DNA from: a candidate division WOR-3 bacterium
GTDB lineage: Bacteria > Hydrothermota > Tepidihabitantia > Tepidihabitantales > Tepidihabitantaceae
Direction of reading: 5' to 3'
NCBI GenBank assembly: GCA_965649225.1
Contig: CBFGJX010000008.1
Coordinates: 36,328-100,327 of the forward strand
Length of the DNA stretch: 64,000 nt
Shown here: positions 1 to 8,689 of the stretch, in pieces
How positions within the stretch are numbered: position 1 is the stretch's first letter
How the letters are laid out: every line of letters begins with the position of its first letter
The notes under the pieces: model-generated
What the model was told of the DNA's origin: nothing
Database searches by the model: none
What the model saw: only the letters and a program-made list of their open reading frames with translations
Program-made: the position numbers and the translations under genes

Positions 1-2
1 CA

Positions 3-2576
3 CTTGCCGATGAGGGCTATGGCCGGGTGGCGGTGATTCTGTTCTACCCCGAGGACATTGTTGCCGCCGAGGCGGCGATTCGCGCCCTCGGTGTTACCGT
101 CGTCGCGACCGGTGTGTCCGAAGCGTGCAAGGCGATCGACGTCGAGTGCAGCCGCGCCGATGTCGCCCGACTGGCCGCACTGCCGTTTGTCCAGTCGCTG
201 GAAGAGTGGCATCCGGCCGAGGCCGAGAATGAACAGTGTCAGTGGGTCGCCCAGACCTGGGCCCAGAATCAGCGCCGGGTGTGGGAGCAGGGACTCTACG
301 GCGAGGGTGAAATCCTCGGCTATTCCGACGGCCAGCTGGACCATGCCCACTATGCGATGTACGACCCGACAGTGACGATTGCTGACACCGGCGAGTTTCC
401 GACCCACCGCAAGATTGTCGCACTGAAGAAATATCCGCCGGCCCGGCTGGGTTCGAGTGATTCGCACGGCAGTCACGTTGGCGGGACAATCGCCGGCGAC
501 GATTCCATCAACGGCGGCACCAATCTCAACGACGGCCATGCCAAGCGGGCCCGGCTGGTCCAGCTTTCGCCGATTCCACAGCCGACCGGCAATGACTTCA
601 CCGAGCCGCTGAACATCATCTCCAACTATCTGCGTAATCCGGAGCTGCGGCCGCATACGATGTCGCACTCGTGGTGGACGCTGACGATGGGACAGTACAC
701 CAATGCCGCAGCGACTTTCGACCAGTTCTCCTGGCGGAACAAGGACATCCAGCAGATCAAGTCCTGCGGTAATCAGGGCCAGTCGAGCCAGTACCGAATC
801 ACCGAACCGGGCAATGCCAAGTCAATCATTTCGGCGGCCTCGCTGCAGAACGGTACCAGCTCGACCGTGCTGTCGAGCTATTCATCGCGCGGGCCGGCCC
901 CGGACGGCCGGATCAAACCGGACATCAGTGTGCCGGGCGAAAACATCATGTCGGTGCAGTACCGGACGACCAATTCCTACACTGCGATGAGCGGCACCTC
1001 GATGGCGGCACCGGCCATCAACGGCAACATCGGGCTGCTGCGCAACTATCTGCGCAAGGGTTACTATCCGTCCGGTGCCGCCAACCCGGCGGACACGTTC
1101 GGCTATGTCTCGGCGGCGCTTTTGAAGGCGATGGTGCTGGTTTCGGCCGACCCGAACATTGGTTCCTATGTGATACCTTCGGAGTACGTCGGCTGGGGCC
1201 GGATTGACCTCGACTCGGTGCTTTATTTCTCGACCCCGACCCCGGACTACCGCAAACTGCTGCTCGATGACGATACGCTCGGGCTGGCAACCGGCGAGTA
1301 TGTCGAATACCAGTTGCAGGTGACCGATTCAATCCCGCTGCGCATTGCCGTGGTCTGGACCGACACGGCGGCGGCTGCCGGCGCGAATCCGGCGCTGATC
1401 AACGACCTGAACTGTCTGCTGACCGGACCGGACGCAAGCTTCTACAAGGGTAATCTCTACAGCGGCGGACAGTCGGTGCGTAATCCGGCCGGTGCGTACG
1501 ATGCGCTGAATCCGAACGAGCTGTTTCGCGTCAACCGGCCGATGCCCGGTACCTGGACGCTGCGGGTGGCGGCGCAGAATGTCGTTACCACGCGTCAGCC
1601 TTTTGCAGTGGTGGCAACCGGTGCGTTCTCGACCACCCGGCATGATGTCGGGGTCAGTCGGATTATTGCGCCGGTGGGCCGGATTGACACCGGCACGGTG
1701 GTCACGCCGGCCTGCTCGGTGTACAATTACGGCACCGAGACCGAGAGCTATTCGGTGCGACTGCGCATCGCCGCTGACTACGATACGGCGGTGGCGGTTA
1801 CCGCCCATCCGGCGGGCAGCGCACTGCGGGTAGAGTTTCCGCAGTGGACCGCAACCGCTCTGGGCAGCTTCGCGGTGAAGTGCTCGACAATGCTCGATGT
1901 TGACTTCAACCCGGCCAACGATTTTATTGCCGATTCGTTCACGGTACGCCGGCCGGTTCACGATGTCGGCGTGATTGCCGTGCTGGCACCGGGCGACACG
2001 GTCGAGGCCGGCACGGTGATTGTGCCGCGGGCACTGGTGCGCAATTTCGGCTCCTATCCGGAAAGCTTCCGGGTGCAGCTGACTATCGGGCGCTGGGGCT
2101 CTTTCGACAGTCTCAGCCTCGAGCCGGGTGCAGTCGATACGGCGGTGTTCGAGGAGTGGATTGCCGGGCCGATTGGCAGTCTGGCACTGGCCGGCTACAC
2201 GATGCTTGCCGGCGATGCCGACCCGGCCAACGATACGGTGCGGGGTACGGTTGTTGTTATCCCCGGTACCGGCGTCGAAGAGCTGCGGGGCGTGCCGCGC
2301 GAGTTCACTCTCGACCGGGCGGCTCCGACGCCGTTCGCCGGCCGGACGTCGGTGCGCTACGGTCTGCCGTATCCGACACCAGTGACCGTGGCGGTGTATA
2401 ACACTGCCGGCCGGCAGGTGCGGCGACTGTTTTCGGGCAGCGCCGAAGCCGGATATCACCGTGCCGAATGGGACGGCCGGGACGATTCCGGTCAGCCGGT
2501 CGGGCCGGGGATTTACCTCTGCCGGATAGCGGCCGGCGGATTCCGGGCAATGACCAAGCTGGTCAAGCTTGACTAG
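3..2576 (+). CDS. S8 (subtilisin-like) serine peptidase with CARDB/Ig domains and FlgD/T9SS-like C-terminal domain; probably 5'-truncated by window edge
   Basis: HGSHVGGTIAG (His), MSGTSMAAP (Ser), SSRGP..DGRIKPD; two DVGV..I.AP...ND Ig repeats; C-terminal WDGRDDSG..VGPGIY. The frame is open upstream of the GTG at 27 and no signal peptide is visible. Confidence 0.92.
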   Translation, partial: LADEGYGRVAVILFYPEDIVAAEAAIRALGVTVVATGVSEACKAIDVECSRADVARLAALPFVQSLEEWHPAEAENEQCQWVAQTWAQNQRRVWEQGLYGEGEILGYSDGQLDHAHYAMYDPTVTIADTGEFPTHRKIVALKKYPPARLGSSDSHGSHVGGTIAGDDSINGGTNLNDGHAKRARLVQLSPIPQPTGNDFTEPLNIISNYLRNPELRPHTMSHSWWTLTMGQYTNAAATFDQFSWRNKDIQQIKSCGNQGQSSQYRITEPGNAKSIISAASLQNGTSSTVLSSYSSRGPAPDGRIKPDISVPGENIMSVQYRTTNSYTAMSGTSMAAPAINGNIGLLRNYLRKGYYPSGAANPADTFGYVSAALLKAMVLVSADPNIGSYVIPSEYVGWGRIDLDSVLYFSTPTPDYRKLLLDDDTLGLATGEYVEYQLQVTDSIPLRIAVVWTDTAAAAGANPALINDLNCLLTGPDASFYKGNLYSGGQSVRNPAGAYDALNPNELFRVNRPMPGTWTLRVAAQNVVTTRQPFAVVATGAFSTTRHDVGVSRIIAPVGRIDTGTVVTPACSVYNYGTETESYSVRLRIAADYDTAVAVTAHPAGSALRVEFPQWTATALGSFAVKCSTMLDVDFNPANDFIADSFTVRRPVHDVGVIAVLAPGDTVEAGTVIVPRALVRNFGSYPESFRVQLTIGRWGSFDSLSLEPGAVDTAVFEEWIAGPIGSLALAGYTMLAGDADPANDTVRGTVVVIPGTGVEELRGVPREFTLDRAAPTPFAGRTSVRYGLPYPTPVTVAVYNTAGRQVRRLFSGSAEAGYHRAEWDGRDDSGQPVGPGIYLCRIAAGGFRAMTKLVKLD

Positions 2577-2594
2577 CTTGACTGACCGAGCCGC

Positions 2595-2627
2595 GCGCGG
2601 GCGGGGGTGACCCCGCCCGCGCCCTTT
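2595..2627 (+). terminator. Intrinsic terminator-like hairpin
   Basis: 12-bp stem GCGCGGGCGGGG-gtga-CCCCGCCCGCGC followed by ccttt, just after the S8 stop. Confidence 0.65.
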
Positions 2628-2653
2628 GACAACCGCCACTGCCTCTCTAAGCT
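2626..2653 (+). promoter_or_regulatory. Sigma70-type promoter, probably leaderless, for ABC-F
   Basis: TTGACA-16-TAAGCT, 6 nt before ATG 2660, no SD. Confidence 0.6.
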
Positions 2654-2659
2654 GGGCCG

Positions 2660-4357
2660 ATGCTGGTGCGCGCGGAACGAATCAGCAAATCGTTGAACGG
2701 CCGGACGGTGCTGACCGGGGTTTCGTTTGTCGTCAACCGCGGCGACAAGATTGGCATTGTCGGCGCGAACGATGTCGGCAAGACAACACTGCTGCGGCTG
2801 ATTGGCCGTGAACTGGAACCGGACGAGGGGGAAATCGTCGTTGCCGGGCGGCCGGAAGTTGGCTGGTTTCGGTCCGAGCTGCCGACGACAGTGGAAGCTA
2901 CGCTTTATTCGGCCGTGCTGGGGGAGCTGGAGCAGATTCAGCGCCGGATTGATTCGGTCCGGCGGGAACTGGCCGAAGACCCGGCCGATGAGGCGGCACA
3001 GGCCAAGCTGGAAGCGTTCGAGGAGGAACTGAATCTGCGATTCGGTCCGGACTACCGTCGCCGGGCCGAGAAGGTTCTCGCCGGGCTGGGTTTCGGTCCG
3101 GAACGTTACCAGGATGCGGTGTCGGCGATGGCAGCGGGCGAGCGGGCGCGACTGGCGCTGGCACGGGTGCTGATCAGCCGGGCAGAACTGCTGCTGCTGG
3201 ATGAGCCGACAGGCTGTCTCGACATCGGTCAGCGTCAGTGGCTGGAGCGGTATCTGGAAGACTACCAGGGCACGGTGCTGACTGTTGCCCGGGACCGGGC
3301 TTTTCTGAACGAAGTCGCCAACCGGATTTTCGAGCTGCGCGACGGCCGGCTGACGGTGTACGATGGTGGCTACTACGATTACCTGTTCCAGCAGGAGCAG
3401 GAGCGGCGGCGGCAGGAACGGGAGCAGGCGGAACATGACCGGGAAATCGCCCGGCTTGACCGGATTGCCCGGCGCCAGGATGCGCTGGTCAGTGGCCGGC
3501 AAAAGACCGGGGCCGGCGGCAAGAAGGCCAGAGCTGCTGCTGCCGGTCGGCCGGCCCGAAACGGCGGCAGGACCCCAGCGCGGGCTGAGACAGTCAGCAC
3601 CAGCCATCAGGGTGAGTTCCGCGTGAGCGACAATCAGCCTGTGTCGGCCATTTTCCGGACAGTGGAGCCGGGCCGCCGGGCCGTGCTGGTCAAGGGACTG
3701 AGCAAGAGCTTCGGCGGGCGCTGCATCGTCCGCGATGCCGGATTTGAGATTCGCACCGGTGAACGTGTGGCACTGGTCGGGCCGAACGGCTGTGGCAAAA
3801 CCGTGCTGCTGCGGATGCTGGTTGGCGAGCTGAAGCCGGACCGGGGAACGGTAACGACCGACGCGGCCACCCGGATTGGCTACTTTCCGCAGGACCTCGG
3901 CACGCTTGACCCCGAAAGTACCGCGTTGGAAAAAGTGATGAAATCCGGAGTGGAGCCGGATATTGCCCGGGTGGTGCTCGACCGGCTGCTGTTTGCCCGG
4001 GATTTGGCTGAGCGCCGGCTGAGCGAGCTTTCAGTCGGGGAACGGGCGAAAGTGCTTCTGGCGCGGGTGCTGACCGGCGGCGCCGACCTGCTGGTACTGG
4101 ACGAGCCAGCGGCTCATCTTGACCTTGAAGCGATAGTCGCTCTGGAAACGCTGCTGCTGGGTTGTTCGGGCGCGATTGTGTTTGCCACGCATGACCGGGC
4201 GATGCTGGACCGGCTTGCCGGTCGTGTGTTTGAACTGCGTGATGGTCGACTGGTTGATTTTCCGGGCAGCTGGCAGGCATTTCTCGCCCAGCGGTCGGAG
4301 AGCATCCGGCCGGCCGGTCAGGAAAAAGACGACAGCGGCTGCCGGCCCCGGTCCTGA
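2660..4357 (+). CDS. ABC-F family ATP-binding protein (two NBDs, no TM), degenerate motifs
   Basis: Walker A GANDVGKTT and GPNGCGKT; Walker B LLLLDEPT and LLVLDEPA; charged helical linker after Y.G.Y.DY. Confidence 0.88.
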   Translation: MLVRAERISKSLNGRTVLTGVSFVVNRGDKIGIVGANDVGKTTLLRLIGRELEPDEGEIVVAGRPEVGWFRSELPTTVEATLYSAVLGELEQIQRRIDSVRRELAEDPADEAAQAKLEAFEEELNLRFGPDYRRRAEKVLAGLGFGPERYQDAVSAMAAGERARLALARVLISRAELLLLDEPTGCLDIGQRQWLERYLEDYQGTVLTVARDRAFLNEVANRIFELRDGRLTVYDGGYYDYLFQQEQERRRQEREQAEHDREIARLDRIARRQDALVSGRQKTGAGGKKARAAAAGRPARNGGRTPARAETVSTSHQGEFRVSDNQPVSAIFRTVEPGRRAVLVKGLSKSFGGRCIVRDAGFEIRTGERVALVGPNGCGKTVLLRMLVGELKPDRGTVTTDAATRIGYFPQDLGTLDPESTALEKVMKSGVEPDIARVVLDRLLFARDLAERRLSELSVGERAKVLLARVLTGGADLLVLDEPAAHLDLEAIVALETLLLGCSGAIVFATHDRAMLDRLAGRVFELRDGRLVDFPGSWQAFLAQRSESIRPAGQEKDDSGCRPRS

Positions 4358-4444
4358 ACCGAGCCCGGCCGGGTTGCAGTTGAAGCTAAATCCGGCATTT
4401 GGGGAGTAATGTCTTAACGCATTGACCACGCGTCAGTTGTCAAA

Positions 4445-4593
4445 CGGCAATCCAACATCCCCCTCTCGTTCCCCCGGCGGTGATGACGCAAGCTTGTGCC
4501 GGTGCCGCTGAACCGGTTTCAGTCAGACCTGTCAGCAAGCCGGACCGTGCGGCAGCCACTGGTTGCCGGATTGAGGTCGCCGGTGGGGCGGGA
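4445..4593 (+). ncRNA. Candidate structured RNA or leader with partial c-di-GMP-I (GEMM)-like hallmarks
   Basis: CGGCAA(4445)...TGACGCAAGC...GGCAGCC..GGTTGCCG(4568); nested TGCCGC/GCGGCA and CCGGTTT/AAGCCGG pairings. Confidence 0.25.
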
Positions 4594-4685
4594 CAAAAGC
4601 GATGATTGGTATCCGCGGCAGGCGAGTGTCCGAAACGGCGGTTGAGAGTCGGGCCGGACCGGTAATGGTGTATCAGGTCCGGCTG

Positions 4686-7600
4686 ATGCGTCTCGTGCGG
4701 CTCCTGCCACTGGCTGCGGCTGTCGCGCTCGGCGGCTGGTTGAACGAGGAACGCATCACCGCGCGCACCAACGCCGCCGACCGCACCTCGCCTAACAACG
4801 CCCGCTGCCTCGCGGTCGATTCGGCCGGCAACGTCCACGCGGTGTGGTATGGCGAGGTCGGCGGAACACGCCAGATATGGTACTCACGGCGCGAGGCGGC
4901 GACAGGCGAATGGAGCGCAGACACCGCGGTCACTGCCGGCGTGAGGGATGCCGTCTTCCCTTCGGTCTCGGCCGACCCGGCCGGGAACGTTCACGTCATC
5001 TGGCAGGCGAATACGACCATCCCGGCCATCTGCTACAGGATGCGTGCGGTTGCAAGCGGGTGGGGCGCGGTCGAGACGGTCTGGCGCGGGTCGGGCGCGG
5101 CCAGCCCGAGCATCGCCAGTCCGGGCATGAGCGTGGCGCAGGCCGTTTGGATCGCCACTTTCCCGGCGCAGCACCAGAATGTCCTGTTCGCAGTCCGGGA
5201 CAGCGCGGGCTGGCGGTCGCCGAGCGTGTTGAGCGAGGACAACGGGAGCGCGCACAGCAACCCGTGCATCGCCGCGGCATCGGATACTCACGCAGCAGTC
5301 GTGTGGAATCGCGCGCCCACTCCACGCCTGGTGTGTGCCCGGTTGCTCGTGGACCATCAGCCTCAGACGCTGGAAACTCTCAGTGTCGGCGGGGGGCTGG
5401 CAAGCATCAGTGCCGGGCGCGGCGGCGTCTACAGGGCGGTCTGGAGCAAGTCCGGCGGGACAGCAGACTCTCTGCGCATCCGGACATGGGCCGGGGGCGG
5501 CTGGCAGGCTGTTGCGCGCGTCGAGTGCGCCGGCCGGCAGGCCGGGCCGGCGTCCGTTGCCGACGACGCCGCAGGCCGGCCGAACCTGTCGTGGTGCGCG
5601 CCCGGGCTGACATCGGTCGCCCAGGTCCATCACGCCGTTGCCGACTCCGCAGGTACGCAGTGGCATGACGCGCAGAGACTCACCGAGGCGTCAATCGGCC
5701 GGGAGAACCCGTCGATCGCGTGCGGGCCGGACGGCAGCATTCAGGTCATCTGGACCGACCAGCGGCACAGCAGCAGCAACACCGATGTCTACTTCCGCCG
5801 GTGGGAGTTCGTGCGGGATGTGGCAGTGTTGGGATTTGAGGCGCTGGAGGACACCGTGGACTCGGGCGACGTTGTCGTGCCGAGGGTGAGCGTGGTGAAC
5901 CTGGGCGATACGGTCGAACGGAACGTCCTGCTGTGGTTTCACGGGCCGGGCGTGAGCGCGGACACGGTGCTGGATACGATTGCCCGTGGTGACACGGTCG
6001 TTGTCCGGTTCGATTCGCTGGCCGGCCGCGTGCGCGGGTGGAACGTTGTTGTCTGTTCGACCCGCATCGAGGGGGACCGCCGGCGCGGCAACGATGCGGC
6101 GCGCGACAGCTTCTTCGTCGCGGTGCGGGATGCGGCGGTGGATTCGATTGTCGCACCGCGCGGGCAGGTGGTCGAGGATTCGGTCGCGCCGGAGGTGCTG
6201 CTCGCCAACCGCGGCAATCTGGCGGCGCGCTGCACCTGCATCGTGAGCATCGCGCGCGATTCCGCAGTTGTCTACGAGGCGGATACGGTGCTGGGTATCG
6301 CGCCGGGGTCGAGTGCGCGGATTGTGCTGCCGTACTGGCGAACCGCGCCGGGCGAATACGCGCTGCGCGCATCGGTACGGCTGGCCGGCGATATGGTGCG
6401 GGCCAATGACACGCTCTCGGCGCGGTTTTCGGTGCCGCGGCGCGATGTCGGAGTTGCCGGAATCATCGCGCCGGTCGGACAATTTGACTCGGGCGCGGCG
6501 GTCGAGCCGCAGGTCGTGGTGTTCAACGCCGGTGCGGCAGAAGAGTCTTTCGCCGCGCGACTGTGGATCGGGCAGGGCTGGCTCGACTCGGCGCGGGTCG
6601 AACGGCTTGGACCGGGCGAGAGCCTCGCGGTGCGATTTCGCGAGTGGCGGGCACTCGAACGCGGCGAGAGCGAGGTGCGCTGCTCGCTCGCGGTGCGGCC
6701 CGACCACGAGCCGGGCAACGACACCGCGGCCGGGGCGGTGTTCGTGCGGGTGATTGACGCGGCCGCGCGGTCAATCGAGCTGCCGCCCGAGGAGGTCGGG
6801 TTCGGGACGCTGTCGCCGCTGGTGAGGGTGCAGAACTCCAGCACGCAGGCAGAGTCGGTGCAGTGCCGGTTCGAGATCCGGGCCGGGGATTCGCTGGTCT
6901 GGGCCGATTCGGTCGCGGCCGGGCTGCCGGCCGGGGTTGACAGTACGGTTGAGTTCGGCGCGTGGGAGACGCGCGGCGGCTGGTATCGCGCGGTCCTGCG
7001 GGTGAGCGCGGGTGGAGACATGCGGCCGGAGAATGATTCAGTCACGGTAGTGTTTCGCGTGCACCCGATTGATGCCGCGGCGCGCGCGATTGTTGCCCCG
7101 CGCGGGGTGATTCGCGCGGGCCTGGTCGCGCCGGCAGTGCGCATTGCCAATCTCGGGGACGAGACCGAGGACATCCGGCTTCGGCTCGGCATCGGTGCGG
7201 GCGGCGGCACGGGCTACGACGAGTCGACGCTGGTGACGGTCGAGCCGGGCCGGGAGACGACCGCAATGCTGCCGGCGTGGCGCGCGACGTGCGGCGAGTA
7301 TTCGGTTTTCGCGCGCGTGGCCCTGCGCGGTGACATCAACCCGGGCAATGACCAGTTGGCGGGAAACGTCGTCGTGGAGTCGACCGTGGTGTTGCGCTGG
7401 ACCCGGCTGGCCGACATTCCGGCCGGGCCGCGCGGATTGCCGGTGCTGGACGGCGGCGCGCTGGCCGGGGCCGGCGGCAGGGTCTATGCACTCAAGGGCG
7501 GGTCGAGCGAGCTGTGGGCTTACTCACCACCAGAGAGCGTGTGGACCGCGCAGGCCGCGCTGGGCGAGAGCTGCCGGACCGGTGGCGGTGCCGCGCTGGC

Positions 7601-8501
7601 CTGGGACGGCGAGCGCTGGCTGTACGCGATTCGCAGCCGGCAGAGCGGTGAGCTGTGGCGGCTTGACCTTGCGGCCGATTCGTGGCAGGCGTGCCCGTCC
7701 CTGCCGCCCCATGTGCGGCGGTTCGGACACGGTGCGACGCTCGCATGCTGGCGTGGCGATACGCTCAAGCTTTTTGCGCTGCCGGGCGCGGGTTCGCTGG
7801 AGTTTTTCTGTTACCTGCCGGGACTGCGGCGCTGGCACGCGCGCCGGCCGCTGCCGGCCGGGCCGACCGGACGCCGTCCGCGCCGCGGCAGTTGTCTTGT
7901 CAGTGCCGGCAACCGGCTGTTCTGTCTGAAGGGTGGCACCGGCGAATTCTACGAGTATTTTCCCCGCCGCGATTCCTGGGTTGAACGTTCCGGAATGCCG
8001 CGCATCAGCCGTGCCGGTCGGACCCGAAGCGGCGGTGACGGTGCCGCGGCGGGATGGGATGGCGGTGACCTGATTTACTTTACCAAGGGCCGCGGTCTGG
8101 AGTTCTGGCGTTATCGCATCAGTGCCGATACCTGGGAACAGCTTGAGGACGTGCCGCGGTCGGTGCCGCGCCGGGCCTGCCGCAAGGGTACCGGTCTGAC
8201 CGTGCTGGGTGGCAACGTGTATCTGTTGCGCGGCAACGCAACGCGCGAGTTCTGGTGCTATGACCCGGACGCAAACAACCTCGGCACTCTGGCGGTCTTG
8301 CCGCCAGCCGGGCATGAGCCGTCGCGGGTCGGGCTGCGGCGCGGGCCGCTGGCGCACAACGGGAGCGATGCTGCCGGCTGGCGCTGGTACGACGCAGCCG
8401 GCAGACGGGTTTTGCCGGGCCGGCGGGCCGGGGTGGTGTTTGCGGTTGGGCCGGGTGGAGCAGTGAAGCTGGTTCTGGTGCGGCCACCGGCCGGGAGATA
8501 A
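4686..8501 (+). CDS. Large secreted protein: N-terminal beta-propeller, about 5 CARDB/Ig repeats, Kelch-type propeller, short CTD-like tail
   Basis: Signal peptide MRLVRLLPLAAAVALG at ATG 4686; D.AGNVH.VW repeats; D(V/A)(A/G)V..I.AP...ND repeats; GG.ALA...Y.LKG...E.W.Y repeats. Confidence 0.82.
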   Translation: MRLVRLLPLAAAVALGGWLNEERITARTNAADRTSPNNARCLAVDSAGNVHAVWYGEVGGTRQIWYSRREAATGEWSADTAVTAGVRDAVFPSVSADPAGNVHVIWQANTTIPAICYRMRAVASGWGAVETVWRGSGAASPSIASPGMSVAQAVWIATFPAQHQNVLFAVRDSAGWRSPSVLSEDNGSAHSNPCIAAASDTHAAVVWNRAPTPRLVCARLLVDHQPQTLETLSVGGGLASISAGRGGVYRAVWSKSGGTADSLRIRTWAGGGWQAVARVECAGRQAGPASVADDAAGRPNLSWCAPGLTSVAQVHHAVADSAGTQWHDAQRLTEASIGRENPSIACGPDGSIQVIWTDQRHSSSNTDVYFRRWEFVRDVAVLGFEALEDTVDSGDVVVPRVSVVNLGDTVERNVLLWFHGPGVSADTVLDTIARGDTVVVRFDSLAGRVRGWNVVVCSTRIEGDRRRGNDAARDSFFVAVRDAAVDSIVAPRGQVVEDSVAPEVLLANRGNLAARCTCIVSIARDSAVVYEADTVLGIAPGSSARIVLPYWRTAPGEYALRASVRLAGDMVRANDTLSARFSVPRRDVGVAGIIAPVGQFDSGAAVEPQVVVFNAGAAEESFAARLWIGQGWLDSARVERLGPGESLAVRFREWRALERGESEVRCSLAVRPDHEPGNDTAAGAVFVRVIDAAARSIELPPEEVGFGTLSPLVRVQNSSTQAESVQCRFEIRAGDSLVWADSVAAGLPAGVDSTVEFGAWETRGGWYRAVLRVSAGGDMRPENDSVTVVFRVHPIDAAARAIVAPRGVIRAGLVAPAVRIANLGDETEDIRLRLGIGAGGGTGYDESTLVTVEPGRETTAMLPAWRATCGEYSVFARVALRGDINPGNDQLAGNVVVESTVVLRWTRLADIPAGPRGLPVLDGGALAGAGGRVYALKGGSSELWAYSPPESVWTAQAALGESCRTGGGAALAWDGERWLYAIRSRQSGELWRLDLAADSWQACPSLPPHVRRFGHGATLACWRGDTLKLFALPGAGSLEFFCYLPGLRRWHARRPLPAGPTGRRPRRGSCLVSAGNRLFCLKGGTGEFYEYFPRRDSWVERSGMPRISRAGRTRSGGDGAAAGWDGGDLIYFTKGRGLEFWRYRISADTWEQLEDVPRSVPRRACRKGTGLTVLGGNVYLLRGNATREFWCYDPDANNLGTLAVLPPAGHEPSRVGLRRGPLAHNGSDAAGWRWYDAAGRRVLPGRRAGVVFAVGPGGAVKLVLVRPPAGR

Positions 8502-8503
8502 AG

Positions 8504-8537
8504 CAGGCAGGGGATGGAGGAATGCATCCCCTGCCTG
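8504..8537. terminator. Hairpin between convergent genes
   Basis: 13-bp stem CAGGCAGGGGATG / CATCCCCTGCCTG. Confidence 0.5.
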
Positions 8538-8643
8538 AGGCAACGCGGAGTCTTGCCCCCCTGTGCGTGCTGAGCGACTTGCGGATTGAGTCTGCCCGGC
8601 GGCGTTTTGCTGGTAGAAACTGCCAGTTAAGATACCGCAAAGA

Positions 8644-8672
8644 CCGGCGGGGTGTGGTCAGCACCCCGCCGG
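8644..8672 (-). terminator. Terminator-like hairpin of M14 peptidase gene
   Basis: 11-bp stem CCGGCGGGGTG / CACCCCGCCGG followed by TCTTT on the minus strand. Confidence 0.6.
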
Positions 8673-8689
8673 ATGTGGTAAAGCTCTGA

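Noticed and set aside
4380..4600. tmRNA, SRP or RNase P RNA
   Set aside because: No tmRNA TTCGAC/CCA termini, no SRP CAGG-GNRA-AGCA core and no RNase [11 protein letters not shown] motif
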